From the NCBI GenBank assembly GCA_024679065.1, contig JAGIQG010000004.1, positions 57,660,001 through 57,724,000 on the forward strand: a DNA stretch of 64,000 bases, read 5' to 3'. The number at the start of each line of letters is the position of its first letter. Positions within the stretch are counted from its first letter, which is position 1. The position numbers and the translations under genes are program-made. Positions 1 to 12,800 of this stretch are shown here, piece by piece. A model generated the notes under the pieces. It had not been told where the DNA came from. It ran no database searches and worked only from the letters and a program-made list of their open reading frames with translations. This DNA comes from Sphyrna mokarran (taxonomy: Eukaryota).

Positions 1-110
1 CTTAAGCCTAACTGCCCGCATTTGGTCCATATCCCTCTATACACAGATTACCAATGTAACTGTCTAAACGCTTTCTAAAATACAAAATTATACCCGCTTC
101 TACTATTGTT
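1..110 (-). mobile_element. CR1 LINE 3' fragment
   Basis: gcccgcatttggtccatatccctct...ctaaacgctttctaaaa resembles the reverse complement of a CR1 3' region. Confidence 0.5.
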
Positions 111-814
111 ACCTTTAAAACAGTACCTTTGTTCGAAATTCCAAGTGGCAGCAAAAGCAGTGGATATAAGTCTTGAAGTCAGTTGAAATGCCCGGTCCGA
201 CTGGAGAGGAAGGGTTAAAATCAGCCTTTTTAGCATTTAACTTTCCCAAACATTAGGAGTTATCAGGAAAAATACTGCAATGCTTAATCAACTGCACAGA
301 TGTCCTCAATGTTAAACTAAGAAGGGCGCCCAACTCTGAGTGTTTAGCTCTTTTTTCGTCAGCATGGGATTGAAAAGATGAAGCAATTTGGTTGCCATTT
401 GCAAGATTGATTCTATGTTTGTGTGTGCAGCCAAGTTAAGCAGAACAAGGAGCCTGACTGATTTAATTCCCCTCCTCCATGTTGTCACATCACTTTGAGG
501 TGCTGACAGCAACGAGATGAGGGTCACGACCTTGTTCAAACAGATTCTGCTTACTGTTACACCACGGATGGCAGAAGTGCTGACTGATGTTAAACAGCCC
601 CTGCGAACGGCAGCCTGGGTGAACAGGCAATTACAGGACAATTGTTGCCTGTGGGGTGTGCTAAGTGCCCTCACGTTTCTCACATCCGTGAAGTAAGTTT
701 TCCCCTGTTGGACTGATGTGAAATTGGAAAAAACGTATGGGTCAGAATTCTGCAAATAAATCTTCAATATTTGATCCAACAAATCCAAACTCCAATCTTA
801 TTACTGTACAAGAT

Positions 815-1075
815 GTCAGCAGTGCCGTTGTGGTTAATCCTTTGACCTCTGAGTTTGAAGGTTGCGGTTCACTCCAGAGACTTGGACATGAACATTCAGT
901 CTGACACTCTCAGAGGGAGTTTGCACTGTTGTATTACAGATGAGAAGTTAAATAGTAGCCCTTTCAGATAAACATCGTGCCAGGGCAATATTGAAGAACA
1001 ACAGAAAGACAAGCCCAGTGCCCTGTCTATTAATTATCCATCAGCCAAGAATAAAATAGATTAATTAGTCATTTT
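815..1075 (+). mobile_element. Deu-domain type SINE, decayed
   Basis: tRNA-like head, then actccagagacttg...ctgacact...gagggagtttgcactgt...gatgagaagttaaa. Similar copies near 8910, 32000 and 62600. Confidence 0.55.
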
Positions 1076-1290
1076 TATTTTATTAATTCATGAAATGTGG
1101 ATATCTAAACCAAAATTTATTGCCTATCCCTTATTGCCCTTGAACTGAGTGGCTCACTCAGCCATTCCAGAGGACATTTAAGATTCAACCACATTGCTCA
1201 CATGTAAGTTACACAGTAAGGATGGCAAATTTCTTTCTGAGGACATCGGAGCTCAAAGACATCACTGGATTATTAGTCCAGTGACAATAC
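1075..1290 (-). mobile_element. tRNA-derived SINE fragment (family with tail aagggcaattagggatgggcaataaat)
   Basis: Reverse complement of the tail seen in the 4420, 7760 and 48890 copies. Confidence 0.55.
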
Positions 1291-1799
1291 TGACTTCTGT
1301 TCACTGGTGATACTTTATTGCATTGCTGTTTGTGGAGATTTGCCACGTGTGAATCGGCTGCCGCATCCTCCCACTGCACACTCTGACAAAGGTACTTCAC
1401 TCCAATAGATTATTGTCCACTAATGTCCTTTAAAGGAAGGAAAATTGCTGTCCTTACCCAGTCTGGCCTACGTGTGACTCCAGACCACAGCAATGTAATT
1501 GATTCTTAATTTCTGTCTGAAATGACCGAGCAAACCGTTCAGCTCAAGGGCTATTAACGATGGGCAATAAATGCTGCCCTTGTCAGCAATGCCCACATTC
1601 TATGAAAAATTAAAAAAAACTCTTTGGAACATCCTGAGATTTTGAAAGGTGCAAAATGAATTCAAATACAATCTAAATCTAGGCATTTTCTCCCTAACAA
1701 TACAATGGGTGTCCCTACATTACATGAATTTCAGTGCTTCAAGAAGCATGTCTTACCTTATGCCCTTCTATGTGCTAATGGTATCTCCTTTCTCCTGCA

Positions 1800-2600
1800 A
1801 GCACAACAGAGGAGCAGTTCAGTGCCTTTATTATCAACCACTGGAGTCTACCCCTGACACCAACGCTAATGAACTCTCTGAAGTGGAGATCAAAGAGTTG
1901 TCACAGCACTCATCCACACCCTGCACTAGCGCTGAGACACACACTCAGTGGGACTACTTTTAGTCTAGCCTCAGGGTCACATCTTGGTAAGCACATCACA
2001 TTTTCAGAAGCCAAGACTTCCCTGAGTGCTGGCACTCAGAGGATTTGCTAAAGCCAGGAATCTGCTGAGTCCCAGTCAGATGATGAGCTTCAGCCTTAGT
2101 TATTGGAATTCCGAAGGCAAGGGAGGAAAATCAGAAAGCGATGTCTGGTACTGTCCTCAGATTGAAGGTCTGCATGGAGAAATCCCAATGCCTTTTCTCC
2201 AGGGAGTTTGTGACAGCACTCCAAAACAGAAAGGTCAACACAGCAAGGATGGCGAATGCAGTGGAGACCTTGGTGCAAGACCCCTGCATGGTATTGGTGC
2301 AGGACTTGGACTCCGTGGCACAGGACACGCACTCAATGGTACAGGTATCACTGGGAGTCAGACATTTACAGAAGCTTTTTGAAAAACGATACACTGTCCC
2401 ATTGCACACTATCATCATCCTCTACAGCATAGGGACAATGAGCAACCACTCCCTCCCCAGGACATGAGAGTCATCAGTGAGGTTTAGGTGCGCACTCCAG
2501 TAGAAACAATGGGAGAGCTGTGCTCAGAGAAGGGACTTAAGGACAATGGGATGTGATCATAGGTCCTAATCATCACCTTCCATGAAATGCACGGTAATGA
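1800..2600 (+). pseudogene. Decayed partner gene (Myb/SANT-type ORF, C-terminal part) of a PIF/Harbinger transposon
   Basis: Broken frames giving a Ser/Thr-rich segment (STPCTSAETHT) and a coiled-coil-like segment (TARMANAVETLVQ), converging on the HARBI1-like nuclease remnants. The identity is inferred from the two-gene layout of Harbinger elements. Confidence 0.45.
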
Positions 2601-2670
2601 ATGTGTCCCCAGCTCTCCTGCCCCATTTGCTTCACAGCCAACCTCCTTGATCTGAAGGACCACCTCTTTG

Positions 2671-2880
2671 TAAAGTTTGACAACACCAATTTTAAATCCA
2701 ACCGATTTATTTGATAGTAAATCCACAAGCTTTCGGCCTTTGTGTCCTTCGTCAGGTGAACAAAGGCCACAAAGGCCGAAAGCTCGTGGATTTACTATCA
2801 AATAAATCGGTTGGATTTAAAATTGGTGTTGTCAAACTTTACTGAGTTTACCCCAGTCCAACGCTGGCATCTCTACATCA
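2671..2880. mobile_element. Penelope-like fold-back element with 14-bp target-site duplication
   Basis: Inverted arms of about 80 bp (taaagtttgacaacacc...ctttcggcctttgtg / cacaaaggccgaaagc...ggtgttgtcaaacttta). ggaccacctctttg occurs at 2657-2670 and again at 2881-2894. Confidence 0.8.
2723..2758 (-). ncRNA. Minimal hammerhead ribozyme motif (Penelope type)
   Basis: Minus strand reads cacCTGACGAaggacacaaaggccGAAAgcTTgtg: CUGANGA and GAAA cores, CAC/GUG stem I and a palindromic minimal stem III. Confidence 0.65.
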
Positions 2881-2994
2881 GGACCACCTCTTTGCCATTA
2901 AACTTGGTGCTGCTCCTCCATCTCTTCCTCAGTTCCTCACCCCTCAAATGCCAGGTTGCGGAAACCGCTTCACCCGGAGTGTGAGTAGTGTAAG

Positions 2995-3795
2995 CTTCAT
3001 TGTATCTTATCTCAGCTGCACTCTGGCCTCCGCATAGATGTCATCTGTCATGTCCTTATTGGGTATTCCATGTCCCCAAGTGGCCAACCCAACAGCCACT
3101 GTGGTGTGGATGCTCAAAAACGGCAGGAACTGAGGTTGGCACCATAGAAACATAGCATCCCTACAATGCAGAAGGAAGCCATTTGGCCCATTGGATCTGC
3201 ATCTACTCTCCAAAAGACCACCTCATCCAGTCCCACTCTTCCCCCACATCCCCCTGCCTGCCTGCTTCCCATTTATCATGACCCTCACCTAACCTGCACA
3301 TTTTTAGGCTCTGGGAGGAAACCAAAGCACCCGGAGGAAATCCCTGCAGACACGTTCTCCCTAGACAGTCACCCAAGGTCAGAATTGTACCTGGGTCCCT
3401 GGCACTGTGAGGCTGCAGTGCCACCATGCCACCCACAGCCACTGTGCTGCCCACTCAGGATGTAGGAGTCATGTACAATCCCGGGAATTTAGTACACCCC
3501 AGAGAATACACTTCATTTTGGTTGTAGACCAGCTGAATATTTAAGGACTGGAAGCACCTGCAATTTGAATTGCACCGCTTGATGCCTGGAGATTGAAGAA
3601 CCACTTAAGTGCAGCCAATGGCTCCCTGCACCTATGGAAAGCCTACAATCTGGGAGAATCCCATGGATCTTATGGCATGGTTAGCCTGGTCCCAGTCGAA
3701 GCTGACACAGTTGTGAGCCCTTGTAAAGAATGTGTTTGTCATCTCCATGATGCACTTATATGCAGAGGCTTGCGAGGGCCACAAGTGTCATCTAT
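2995..3795 (-). pseudogene. HARBI1-like DDE transposase remnant of a PIF/Harbinger transposon, split by a SINE
   Basis: Manual minus-strand translation gives SQASAYKCIMEMT..GFP*VQGAIGCT*V..FQSLNIQLV..KFPG..HDSYIL and, past the SINE, GWPLGDMEYP..RYNEA. These match HARBI1 motifs GAIDCTH, HSxNxQxV, PGSxHD and LGDxGYP. Stops and frameshifts are present. Confidence 0.85.
3143..3452 (-). mobile_element. HE1-type V-SINE
   Basis: Reverse complement of ggtggcactgcagcctcacagtgccagggacccagg...ggatttcctccgggtgctttggtttcctccc, with a CR1-like tail. Confidence 0.8.
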
Positions 3796-3799
3796 GGAC

Positions 3800-3892
3800 A
3801 CAGCAAGAAGTCTGACAACACCATATTAAAGTCTAACAGGTTTATTTGAAGTCACAAGCTTTTGGATTACTGCTCATTCATCAGGTTAGTGT
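3800..3892 (-). mobile_element. Penelope-like terminal fragment with degenerate hammerhead
   Basis: gaagtctgacaacacc...ggtttattt...caagcttttggattactgctcattcatcagg; same family as the 21088 element. Confidence 0.65.
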
Positions 3893-4419
3893 CCCACACG
3901 CTATCGTCTGGGCTCGCATGCCCTTACCTGCTCAGCAGTTGAGGGTCTGATGGTGAATATCACAGCTGGTCTCCACCAGATGGCATCACCGGGGGATCAG
4001 AGGCCATTGAAGCCTTCAGGTGGTCAGGAGCAAGGTCAAGGTCAGGCATTGCCCTTGGGACAATGCCAGGATAGCAGTGCCCACTTGGCACTGTCCACTA
4101 AGCACCATGACTGTGGGAGGCCTGAGTGAGGCGGATCCTGAATGGGCATGGAGCTGTGACAGGGATGGGAAGGCATTGGGGTGGTGACTGGGAAGGGAAG
4201 GAACTCTGCAGGGATAGCGACTGACAAGGGGAAGGGGGACCTCTGCAAACAGGGCAATTGGCAGGGATTTCCAATGTCCGTGGGGTAGGTCAGGAAGGCA
4301 GAAGATCTCGCAGTGTACTGAGAGATAGGTGTGACTGTCCCAAGAACTCATCAGCCAGTTTCCACTGTAAGCTGAGGCTCCATCCCCTCCACGCCACTCT
4401 CATTGATGATTTATGGGAA

Positions 4420-4770
4420 GATGGTGGGAAAATAGTATTGTCACTGGATTAGTAATCCACAGACCCATGGTGCTGCTCTGGGGACCCAGGTTCAAATCCC
4501 ATCAAGGCAGATGGTGAAAAATGAATTTAATAAGAATCTGGAATTAAAAGTCTAATGATGACCATGAATCATTGTCGATCATTATAAAAACTCATCTCAT
4601 TCACTAAAATCTGCCATTTTCATTCGCTCTGGCCTACGTGTGACTGCAGATCCACAGCAATGGTTGACTCTTTAATGCCCTTTGAAATGGCAAAGCAAAC
4701 ACTCAGTTCAAGGGCATTTAGGACTGGGCAATAAATGTCACTGTAGCTAGCATTGCCTACATCCTTCTCA
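4420..4770 (+). mobile_element. tRNA-derived SINE sharing its 3' tail with the LINE at 22285-23930
   Basis: gtattgtcactggattagtaatcc...ggttcaaatccc (B box)...ctggcctacgtgtgact...aagggcatttaggactgggcaataaat. Confidence 0.75.
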
Positions 4771-5569
4771 ACAAACAAAAATATGTCTGTATTAGAATTA
4801 GCATGCTCAGTCAAGGACTGTCATCTTAGTGCATCTTGCCTTTGTCCCCTGGACACTCACCAGCCTAGCGTCTCTTCCCAGAGTCAGGAACCTTCTATGA
4901 GGTAGAGGATCTGCAGCTGAAAATTTCAGTCTCAGGATGAGTCCATTTTTAAAATGACTTCTTGGTATTGAATCCTTTCCTCCTTCAGGGTCCGAACCAT
5001 TCCACCTTCTACTGAATAGACGAATGCCCCTCTGGTACCGTGCCACACATATCACTGGCTCTCTCCCTCTAAGTTAACAGCCTTAGCATCCCAACCCTCA
5101 AACACTGCTAATCATCCCCTCCTTCACCCAAACTGCCTGGCAGGTAGCCCCATCTCTCCCACTCACCAACTGTCCCCGGTACCCCGAATGGCACTGCCTA
5201 TTGTAGCTTCCAATTGACAATCACTCTGCGCACCGTAGTCGGTTCCTGCCTGATCTTACAAGTGTCCGTCTGCCCTCTAAGGGGGCAGTGTTCGGTGGTG
5301 AAATGTGCACTCACCTTTGAACTCTTCTCAAAAATGAGCTCGCTGGTTTCCTCTTTTTCAACAAGATGGCATGAATCGCACCACTATGAGATCACACCAC
5401 GATTGGGCGGAGTCTCCTGTTTGGATGGAGGCTTGATAATATGGAAATGTATTCAAAGTGAGTTCCCAACATTGTATGGTGGGAACCCCATCACATCACT
5501 GATGGGGGACAGAGACAGTCGATCCAGGGATTACTCCCAGTGCAAATGAGTCTCTGTGTCTCAGGCCTC

Positions 5570-6590
5570 AGCTATGGGGTTGGGCTGGCTGGGTGGATAC
5601 AGAACTGGCTTGGTTATAGAAGACACAGTGGAAGAGTGTTTTTCAGAATGGAGCTAATTGTGTTCCACAGGGATCAGTGCTGAAATCTCCATTGTTTGTA
5701 ATATCTATAAATGATCTGGAATAAAATGAATGTAGGAAATCTGATTAGTAAGTTTGAGGATAACACGAAGATTGGTGGAGATTCTGATCATGCCAGGAAT
5801 TGTTAGAAGATTCAACAGGATATTGATAGACTGGAGACTTGGGCACAGAAATGGCAGATGTTGTTTAATCCAGACAAATGCAAAGTGGTGCATTTTGGAG
5901 AATCAAATTTAGGAATGACTTATATTGTAAATGGCAGAACACTCAGGAACATGAACATACAGAGGGATCTGGGCATGCAGCTCCACAGTTCCCTAAAAAT
6001 GGCAACACAGATGGCCAAGGTGATAAAGAAAGCATATGGCACGCTTGCTTTCATTAGCAGGACATTGAGTACAAGAGTTCTAGTCATCACGCTACCAGAA
6101 GGACTTAGAAGCTTTGGAGAAAGTGGATAGAAGATCCACCAGGATGCTGCTTGGTCTCGAGGGTGTTGGCTATGAGAAGAGACTGAATAAACTAGGATTA
6201 TTTTCACTGGAAAGACGGAGGCTGAGGGGAGACCTAATAGAGGTCTACAGAATTATCAGAGGCATTGACAGGGTGGATAGTCAGAGACCTTTTTCTAGGA
6301 TGAAAGTGTCAGTTACAAAGGCGCACAGGTTCAAAGTGAGAGGGGGAAAAGTTTAAGGGAAATATGGAGGGGAAGCTTTTCACGCAGAGTGGTAGGTGCC
6401 TGGAACATGCTGCCAGAGGAGGTGGTGGAAGCAAGCACACTTGCAACATTTAAGATGCATCTGGATTGGTAAATAAATACGGAGGGAATAGAGGGATATT
6501 GTCTAAGGGCAGAAGGTCTTTTTCAGTTTAGTTAGTGCATTGACACAGAGGGCCTATTCCTGTGCTGTACTTTTCTTTGCTCTTTGTTCT
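5570..6590 (+). mobile_element. CR1 LINE, 5'-truncated and decayed RT C-terminus
   Basis: ORF pieces FNPDKCKVVHFG and LGLFSLERRRLRGDLIEVY. Confidence 0.9.
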
Positions 6591-7500
6591 TGAGCATACT
6601 CAATGACTGAGCCTCCACAGCTCTCTGGAGTAGAGAGTTCTAAAGATTCACCACCTTCTGAGTGAAAAAATTCCTCCTTATCTCTGTCTTAAATGGCCTA
6701 TTCCTTTATTCAGTCTGTGCCCCTTGATTGTAGACTCCCCCAAACAAGGGAAACATCCTTCCTACATCATCTCTATTGATTCTGTATGAATTTTGTATGT
6801 TTTTAAATGAGAGTGCCTCTCATTCTTTTAAACTCCAGGGAATAAAGCCTCAGTCTATTTAATCTTTCCTGATAGAACAATCATTCCATCCCAAGAATAA
6901 ATTTGATGAACAATTATTGCGCTGTCTCTTTGACAGGTATACCTTTCTTTGGGTGTGGAAACCAAAACTGAACAATACTCCAGGTGCAGTTTCACCAAGG
7001 ATCTGTATAATTGCAGTAAGAATCATTACTCCTGTCCTCAAATCCTCTTGTGATAAAGGCCAACATATTCTATGCCTTCTTAAAAGCCAACATACCCTTC
7101 TTAATTGTTTGCTGTACTTGTATGTTGGCTTTCAGTGATTCATGAACAACAACACCCAGGCCCTTTTGTGATATATTTATATATAATATGGTAGGATTTG
7201 GGGTGCAGACTGCCTCTTTAAGAATGTGAGCCAGGTGACCCCTGGGCAATTAGCTCCTCCCAGTGTGGGACCCAGTTAGACAGTCCGCAATCCAACTATG
7301 GAATAGTGCATGCCTCCAATAAAGATCCCCTAGTGTTCAAGTTGTTAAGTTTACTTCATGGTTCTTTATGCACTTTTAGTTCATAGGGGCAAACGTAACA
7401 ACTTTGAAGTTCATCACTTCTCATCCTTCGATCATTTAAGAAATCCTCTATATTTCAGTTTTCACTATGCAAATGGATAACCTCCCATTTCTCCACATTG
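6590..7500 (-). mobile_element. CR1 LINE fragment interrupted by a probable solo LTR
   Basis: Reverse CR1 motifs (cctccacagctctctgg..agattcacc; aaactgaacaatactccagg). Confidence 0.75.
7167..7400 (+). mobile_element. Probable solo LTR
   Basis: TGT...ACA ends, internal AATAAA and imperfect flanking duplication ccttt/acttt, inserted in CR1 sequence. Confidence 0.5.
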
Positions 7501-7759
7501 TTACGACAGGAATGTGAGACATCAGTTCTGTGAAGAGACTGGAGAAGCTGGGGATGGTGTTTTCCTTTAGACCATTGGTATGGATGGAGAGAATTTGATG
7601 GAAGTGTTCAAAATCCTGAGAGGTTTTGATGAAGTTAAAAAGGAGAAACTGTTCCCAAATTTTCAAACTTTCAAAAATTTTCAGTAAAGGAGCTTGGCTT
7701 AATACTTGAAAGGGGAAAATATAAAGAACTACAGGGAAAGGGCAGCAGAGTTAACTGGG

Positions 7760-8105
7760 CAGACAGTGGCATAAAGGTATTGCCACTGGACTAATAATCC
7801 AGGGACACAGCGGAACTGCGTTCAAATCCCAATATGGCAGGTAGCGAAATTCGAATCCAATAAAAATGTAGAATTAAAAATCTAATGATGACCATGAAAC
7901 TGTTGTTGACTGTTATAAAGTCCCACTTGGTTCTCTAATGTCCTTTAGGGAAGGAAATCTCCCATCCTTACATGGTCTGTCCTACATATGATTCCAGATC
8001 CACAGCAGAGTGGTTGACTCTCAACTGCCCTGTAAAATGGAAGGCAGTTAGGGATGGGCAATGTTGGTCCAGCCAGCAACACTCACATCCCATAAATGAT
8101 TTTTT
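7760..8105 (+). mobile_element. tRNA-derived SINE (same family as 4420)
   Basis: gtattgccactggactaataatcc..gttcaaatccc..gtcctttagggaaggaaatct..ggcagttagggatgggcaa. Confidence 0.75.
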
Positions 8106-8909
8106 TAATCTACCAAAGAACTATTAGAGACCAAACAACCTTGTCCTGTGCTGTATCATTCTATGGATCTCAGAATTGTTTTGTAACGGAATCACTAAAC
8201 CAAAAGAAGGTAAGTTTGAGGAAAGTATTTTCTTTTTAAAGTCCACATGGATGAAATGGAAAGAAAAATTGTAAATCTTTACATTTAAAACACTTTGCAA
8301 TAACTTGCTGCATATTCTAATTGTCCAGCTACAAACCTGAATATCTGAAAGTTATCTCTTACTCACTGATCCTTTTCCTGAGAGTCCCACTTTTCACTTT
8401 ACGGAAAAAATTGGACCAGCACTGCCCAGTTACTGAGGGTAACCGACCAGAAACTCTCAAACTAAGCCATGGGAAGAGAAAATGCTGGAAATACTCAGCA
8501 GTTCATTTCAGGAGAGAGGGATAGAGTCAGTGGGCTTGATTTCCAGCCCCTGCTGGAGTGAGTATAGAGGCATGTAGACAATAACAATAGCATCTTCTTC
8601 CGGTGCCTATTTCCCCAGCCTCAGCCTATCCCTGCATGGATAGATGGTGGCAAGATTTAGGCTTGAGTTCAGCTAAGAGGGCAATATGAGGTTGATTCAA
8701 ATCTGTCTCCAAGCTTCTGGGGAGAAAAATCTTCAGTCACTCCTACTGTACGTGTAGATGTCAGCAATGGCTAGACTGGGATCAGCTATGACAGCTCACT
8801 GGCCTGCACATGGGAAAGGCTGATTGAGTGAAGGCTGCTGATACCAGTGGAACTGAGGCCAAATAAGACAGGGGGAGAACGATGGGAGTGAAACACTCTT
8901 CAATCGAGT

Positions 8910-9545
8910 GTCAGCCATGGCCCAGTTGGTAAAACTAACACCCTGGATTCATATGGTTCTGGGTACAAGTCCTACTCCAGTACAAAAATCAATGCTGACA
9001 ACACCAGTGGAATGTTGATGGAGTGCAACACTGGCAGAGGTGCTGTTGTTCAGATGAAAAGTTCATTCACTAAAAGGGTGGTGAATCTGTGGAATTCCCT
9101 ATCCCAGAATGTGGTGGACACTGGATCACTAAACAAATCTGATGAAATAGACAGGTTTTTAATTAGTAACAGAATGAAGGGTTATGGAGAACAGGCAGGA
9201 AAGTGGAGTTAAGGCTGAGATTAGCCATGATCAGATAGAATGGTGGAGCAGGCTCGAGGGGCTGAATTGTCTAATCTTGCTCCGAGTTCTCATGTAAGTT
9301 AAACCAAGACCCCATCTGGATGTAAAAGCTGCCATGTTTGATCCCCTGGCCAATATTTATCTCCCAATCAACATCACTTTTAAAAAAGCAAATCATCTAT
9401 TCCAGTCACCATCACATTGCTGTTTGCAGCTCCTCTGCTCCTTCCATTACAACAATGGTGACACTTCACAAAGTACTTCACTGGCTGTAAAGTGTTTAGA
9501 GGTATCTGATTGTTGTGGGAAGTGTTATAAAAATGCAAGTACTTC
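8910..9545 (+). mobile_element. Deu-type SINE split by a CR1 3' fragment (about 9057-9295)
   Basis: SINE head and body up to cagatga, then CR1 ttcactaaaagggtggtgaatctgtggaattc..., then the SINE resumes at ttaaaccaagacccc..ctggccaatatttat. Confidence 0.65.
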
Positions 9546-9829
9546 AGTCAAACCATTAGAGAACAAGCTTTGATTGTGGTGATAAATTGGAATATTCCAT
9601 TATTTTAAGAAGCGCCTTTATTCATTCCATTTAAATAATTCAGTTGTATTTAATGTGGGTGAAGTTTTATACAGTTGTAAATCAATGCTGATTCCAATGA
9701 GAGACGGATGGGAATGTTGAGCTAGTTAGTGAATTCTTGTGTCTCACTGAATGGGGTGTTGGATAGAAAGGTATCGAGTTTTGCTGCACCTTCTGTCATC
9801 CCATGGTTGCTGTTGAAAGGAGGCTGACC

Positions 9830-12800
9830 GACAAGTGCCCCGGAGATGACCAGTGAAGGTCAGTGTGAATGACAGGAGCCCGGGAGATGACCAGTGAAGG
9901 TCAGTGTGAATGACAGGAACCCTGGAGATGGTCAGTGCAGGTCAGTGTGAATGACAGGAGCCCTGGAGATGGCCAGTGAAGGTCAGTGTGAATGACAGGA
10001 GCCCCGGAGATGGCCAGTGAAGGTCAGTGTGAATGACAGGAGCACTGGAGATGGCCAGTGAAGGTCAGTGTGAATGACAGGTACGCCAGAGTTGGCCAGT
10101 GAAGGTAGGTGTGAATGACAGGAGCCCTGGAGATGGCTAGTAAAGGTCATTGTGAATGACAGGAGCCCTGGAGATAGCCAGTGAAGGTCAGTGTGAATGA
10201 CAGGAGCCCCGGAGATGGCCAGTGAAGGTCAGTGTGAATGACAGGTACCCCAGAGTAGGCCAGTGAAGGTACGTGTGAATGACAGGAGCCCTGGAGATGG
10301 TCAGTGCAGGTCAGTGTGAATGACAGGAGCCCTGGAGATGGCCAGTGAAGGTCAGTGTGAATGACAGGAGCCCTGGAGATAGCCAGTGAAGGTCAGTGTG
10401 AATGACAGGAGCCCTGGAGATGGCCAGTGAAGGTCAGTGTGAATGACAGGTACCCCAGAGTAGGCCATGAAGGTACGTGTGAATGACAGGAGCCCTGGAG
10501 ATGGCCAGTGAAGGTCAGTGTGAATGACAGGAGCCCGGACATGGCCAGTAAAGGAAGTGTGAATACAGAGCCCCAGAGATGGTCAGTGAAGGTCAGTGTG
10601 AATGACAGGTACCCCAGAGATGGCCAGTGAAGGTCAGTGTGAATGACAGGAGCCCTGGAGATGGCCAATGAAGTCAGTGTGAATGACAGGAGCCCCAGAG
10701 ATGGTCAGTGAAGGTCAGTGTGAATGACAGGTACGCCAGAGTTGGCCAGTGAAGGTCAGTGTGAATGACAGGAGCCCTGGAGATGGCCAGTGAAGGTCAG
10801 TGTGAATGACAGGAGCCCTGGAGATGGCCAGTGAAGGTCAGTGTGAATGACAGGAGCACTGGAGATGGCCAGTAAAGGTCAGTGTGAATGACAGGAGCCC
10901 CAGAGATGGTCAGTGAAGGTCAGTGTGAATGACAGGTACCCCAGAGATGGCCAGTGAAGGTCAGTGTGAATGACAGGAGCCCTGGAGATGCCCAGTGAAG
11001 GTCAGTGTGAATGACAGGTACCCCAGAGTAGGCCAATGAAGGTACGTGTGAATGACAGGAGCCCTGGAGATGGCCAGTGAAGGTCAGTGTGAATGACAGG
11101 AGCCCTGGACATGGCCAGTAAAGGAGAGTGTGAATGACAGGAGCCCCAGAGATGGTCAGTGAAGGTCAGTGTGAATGACAGGTACCCCAGAGATGGCCAG
11201 TGAAGGTCAGTGTGAATGACAGGAGCCCTGGAGATGGCCAATGAAGGTCAGTGTGAATGACAGGAGCCCCAGAGATGGTCAGTGAAGGTCAGTGTGAATG
11301 ACAGGTACGCCAGAGTTGGCCAGTGAAGGTCAGTGTGAATGACAGGAGCCCTGGAGATGGCCAGTGAAGGTCAGTGTGAATGACAGGAGCCCTGGAGATG
11401 GCCAGTGAAGGTCAGTGTGAATGACAGGAGCACTGGAGATGGCCAGTAAAGGTCAGTGTGAATGACAGGAGCCCCAGAGATGGTCAGTGAAGGTCAGTGT
11501 GAATGACAGGTACCCCAGAGATGGCCAGTGAAGGTCAGTGTGAATGACAGGAGCCCTGGAGATGGCCAATGAAGGTCAGTGTGAATGACAGGAGCCCCAG
11601 AGATGGTCAGTGAAGGTCAGTGTGAATGACAGGTACGCCAGAGTTGGCCAGTGAAGGTCAGTGTGAATGACAGGAGCCCTGGAGATGGCCAGTAAAGGTC
11701 AGTGTGAATGACAGGAGCCGAGATGGCCAGTGAAGTCAATGTGAATGACAGAGCCTGAGAGCCAGTGAAGGTCAGTGTGAATGACAGGTACCCCAGAGAT
11801 TGGCCAGTGAAGGTAGGTTGTGAATGACAGGAGCCCTGGAGATGGCCAATGAAGGTCAGTGTGAATGACAGGGGCCCTGGAGATGGTCAGTGAAGGTCAG
11901 TGTGAATGACAGGAGCCCTGGAGATGGCCAATGAAGGTCAGTGTGAATGACAGGGGCCCTGGAGATGGTCAGTGAAGGTCAGTGTGAATGGTAGGAGCCC
12001 TGGAGATGGCCAGTGAAGGTCAGTGTGAATGACAGGAGTGCTGGAGATGGTCAGTGAAGGTCAGTGTGAATGACAGGAGCCCCAGAGATGGTCAGTGCAG
12101 GTCAGTGTGAATGACAGGAGCCCTGGAGATGGTCAGGGAAGTTCAGTGTGAATGACAGGAGCGCTGGAGATGGCCAGTGAAGGTCAGTATGAATGACAGG
12201 AGTGCTGGAGATGGTCAGTGAAGGTCAGTGTGAATGACAGGTACGCCAGAGATGGCCAGTGAAGGTCAGTGTGAATGACAGGTACCCCAGAGATGGCCAG
12301 TGCAGGTCAGTGTGAATGACAGGAGCACTGGAGATGGCTAATGAAGGTCAGTGTGAATGACAGGAGCCCTGGAGATGGCCAGTGAAGGTCAGTGTGAATG
12401 ACAGGAGCCCTGGAGATGGTCAGTGAACATAGAACATAGAACATAGAACAATACAGCTCAGAACAGGCCCTTCGGCCTTCGATGTTGTGCCGACCAAAAT
12501 AAAAAGCAAAGCCCCTCCAAACTAAACCATTCCCTTCTCTTCCATATACTTATCAATTAACCTCTTAAACGCCACCAAACTTGGCGCATCTACAACAGCG
12601 CAGGCAGGGCATTCCACTCCCTAATCACTCTTTGAGTAAAGAACCTACCTCTGATATCCGTCCTATAACTCATACCCTTAATTTAAAGCTGTGGTCCACT
12701 CGTGCTAGCATTCTCATCCTAGGAAAAAGGCTATCACTGTCCACCCTATCTAAAACCCTAATCATCTTATATGCTTCAATAAGATCCCTCTTAGCCGCCT

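Noticed and set aside
312-788. 158-aa minus-strand ORF
   Set aside because: No recognisable domain or splice support; it overlaps repeat-like sequence and starts at a non-ATG codon.
10393-11241. ORFs MAISRAPVIHTDLHWP...
   Set aside because: These are translations of the 41-bp satellite; the unit length is not a multiple of 3.
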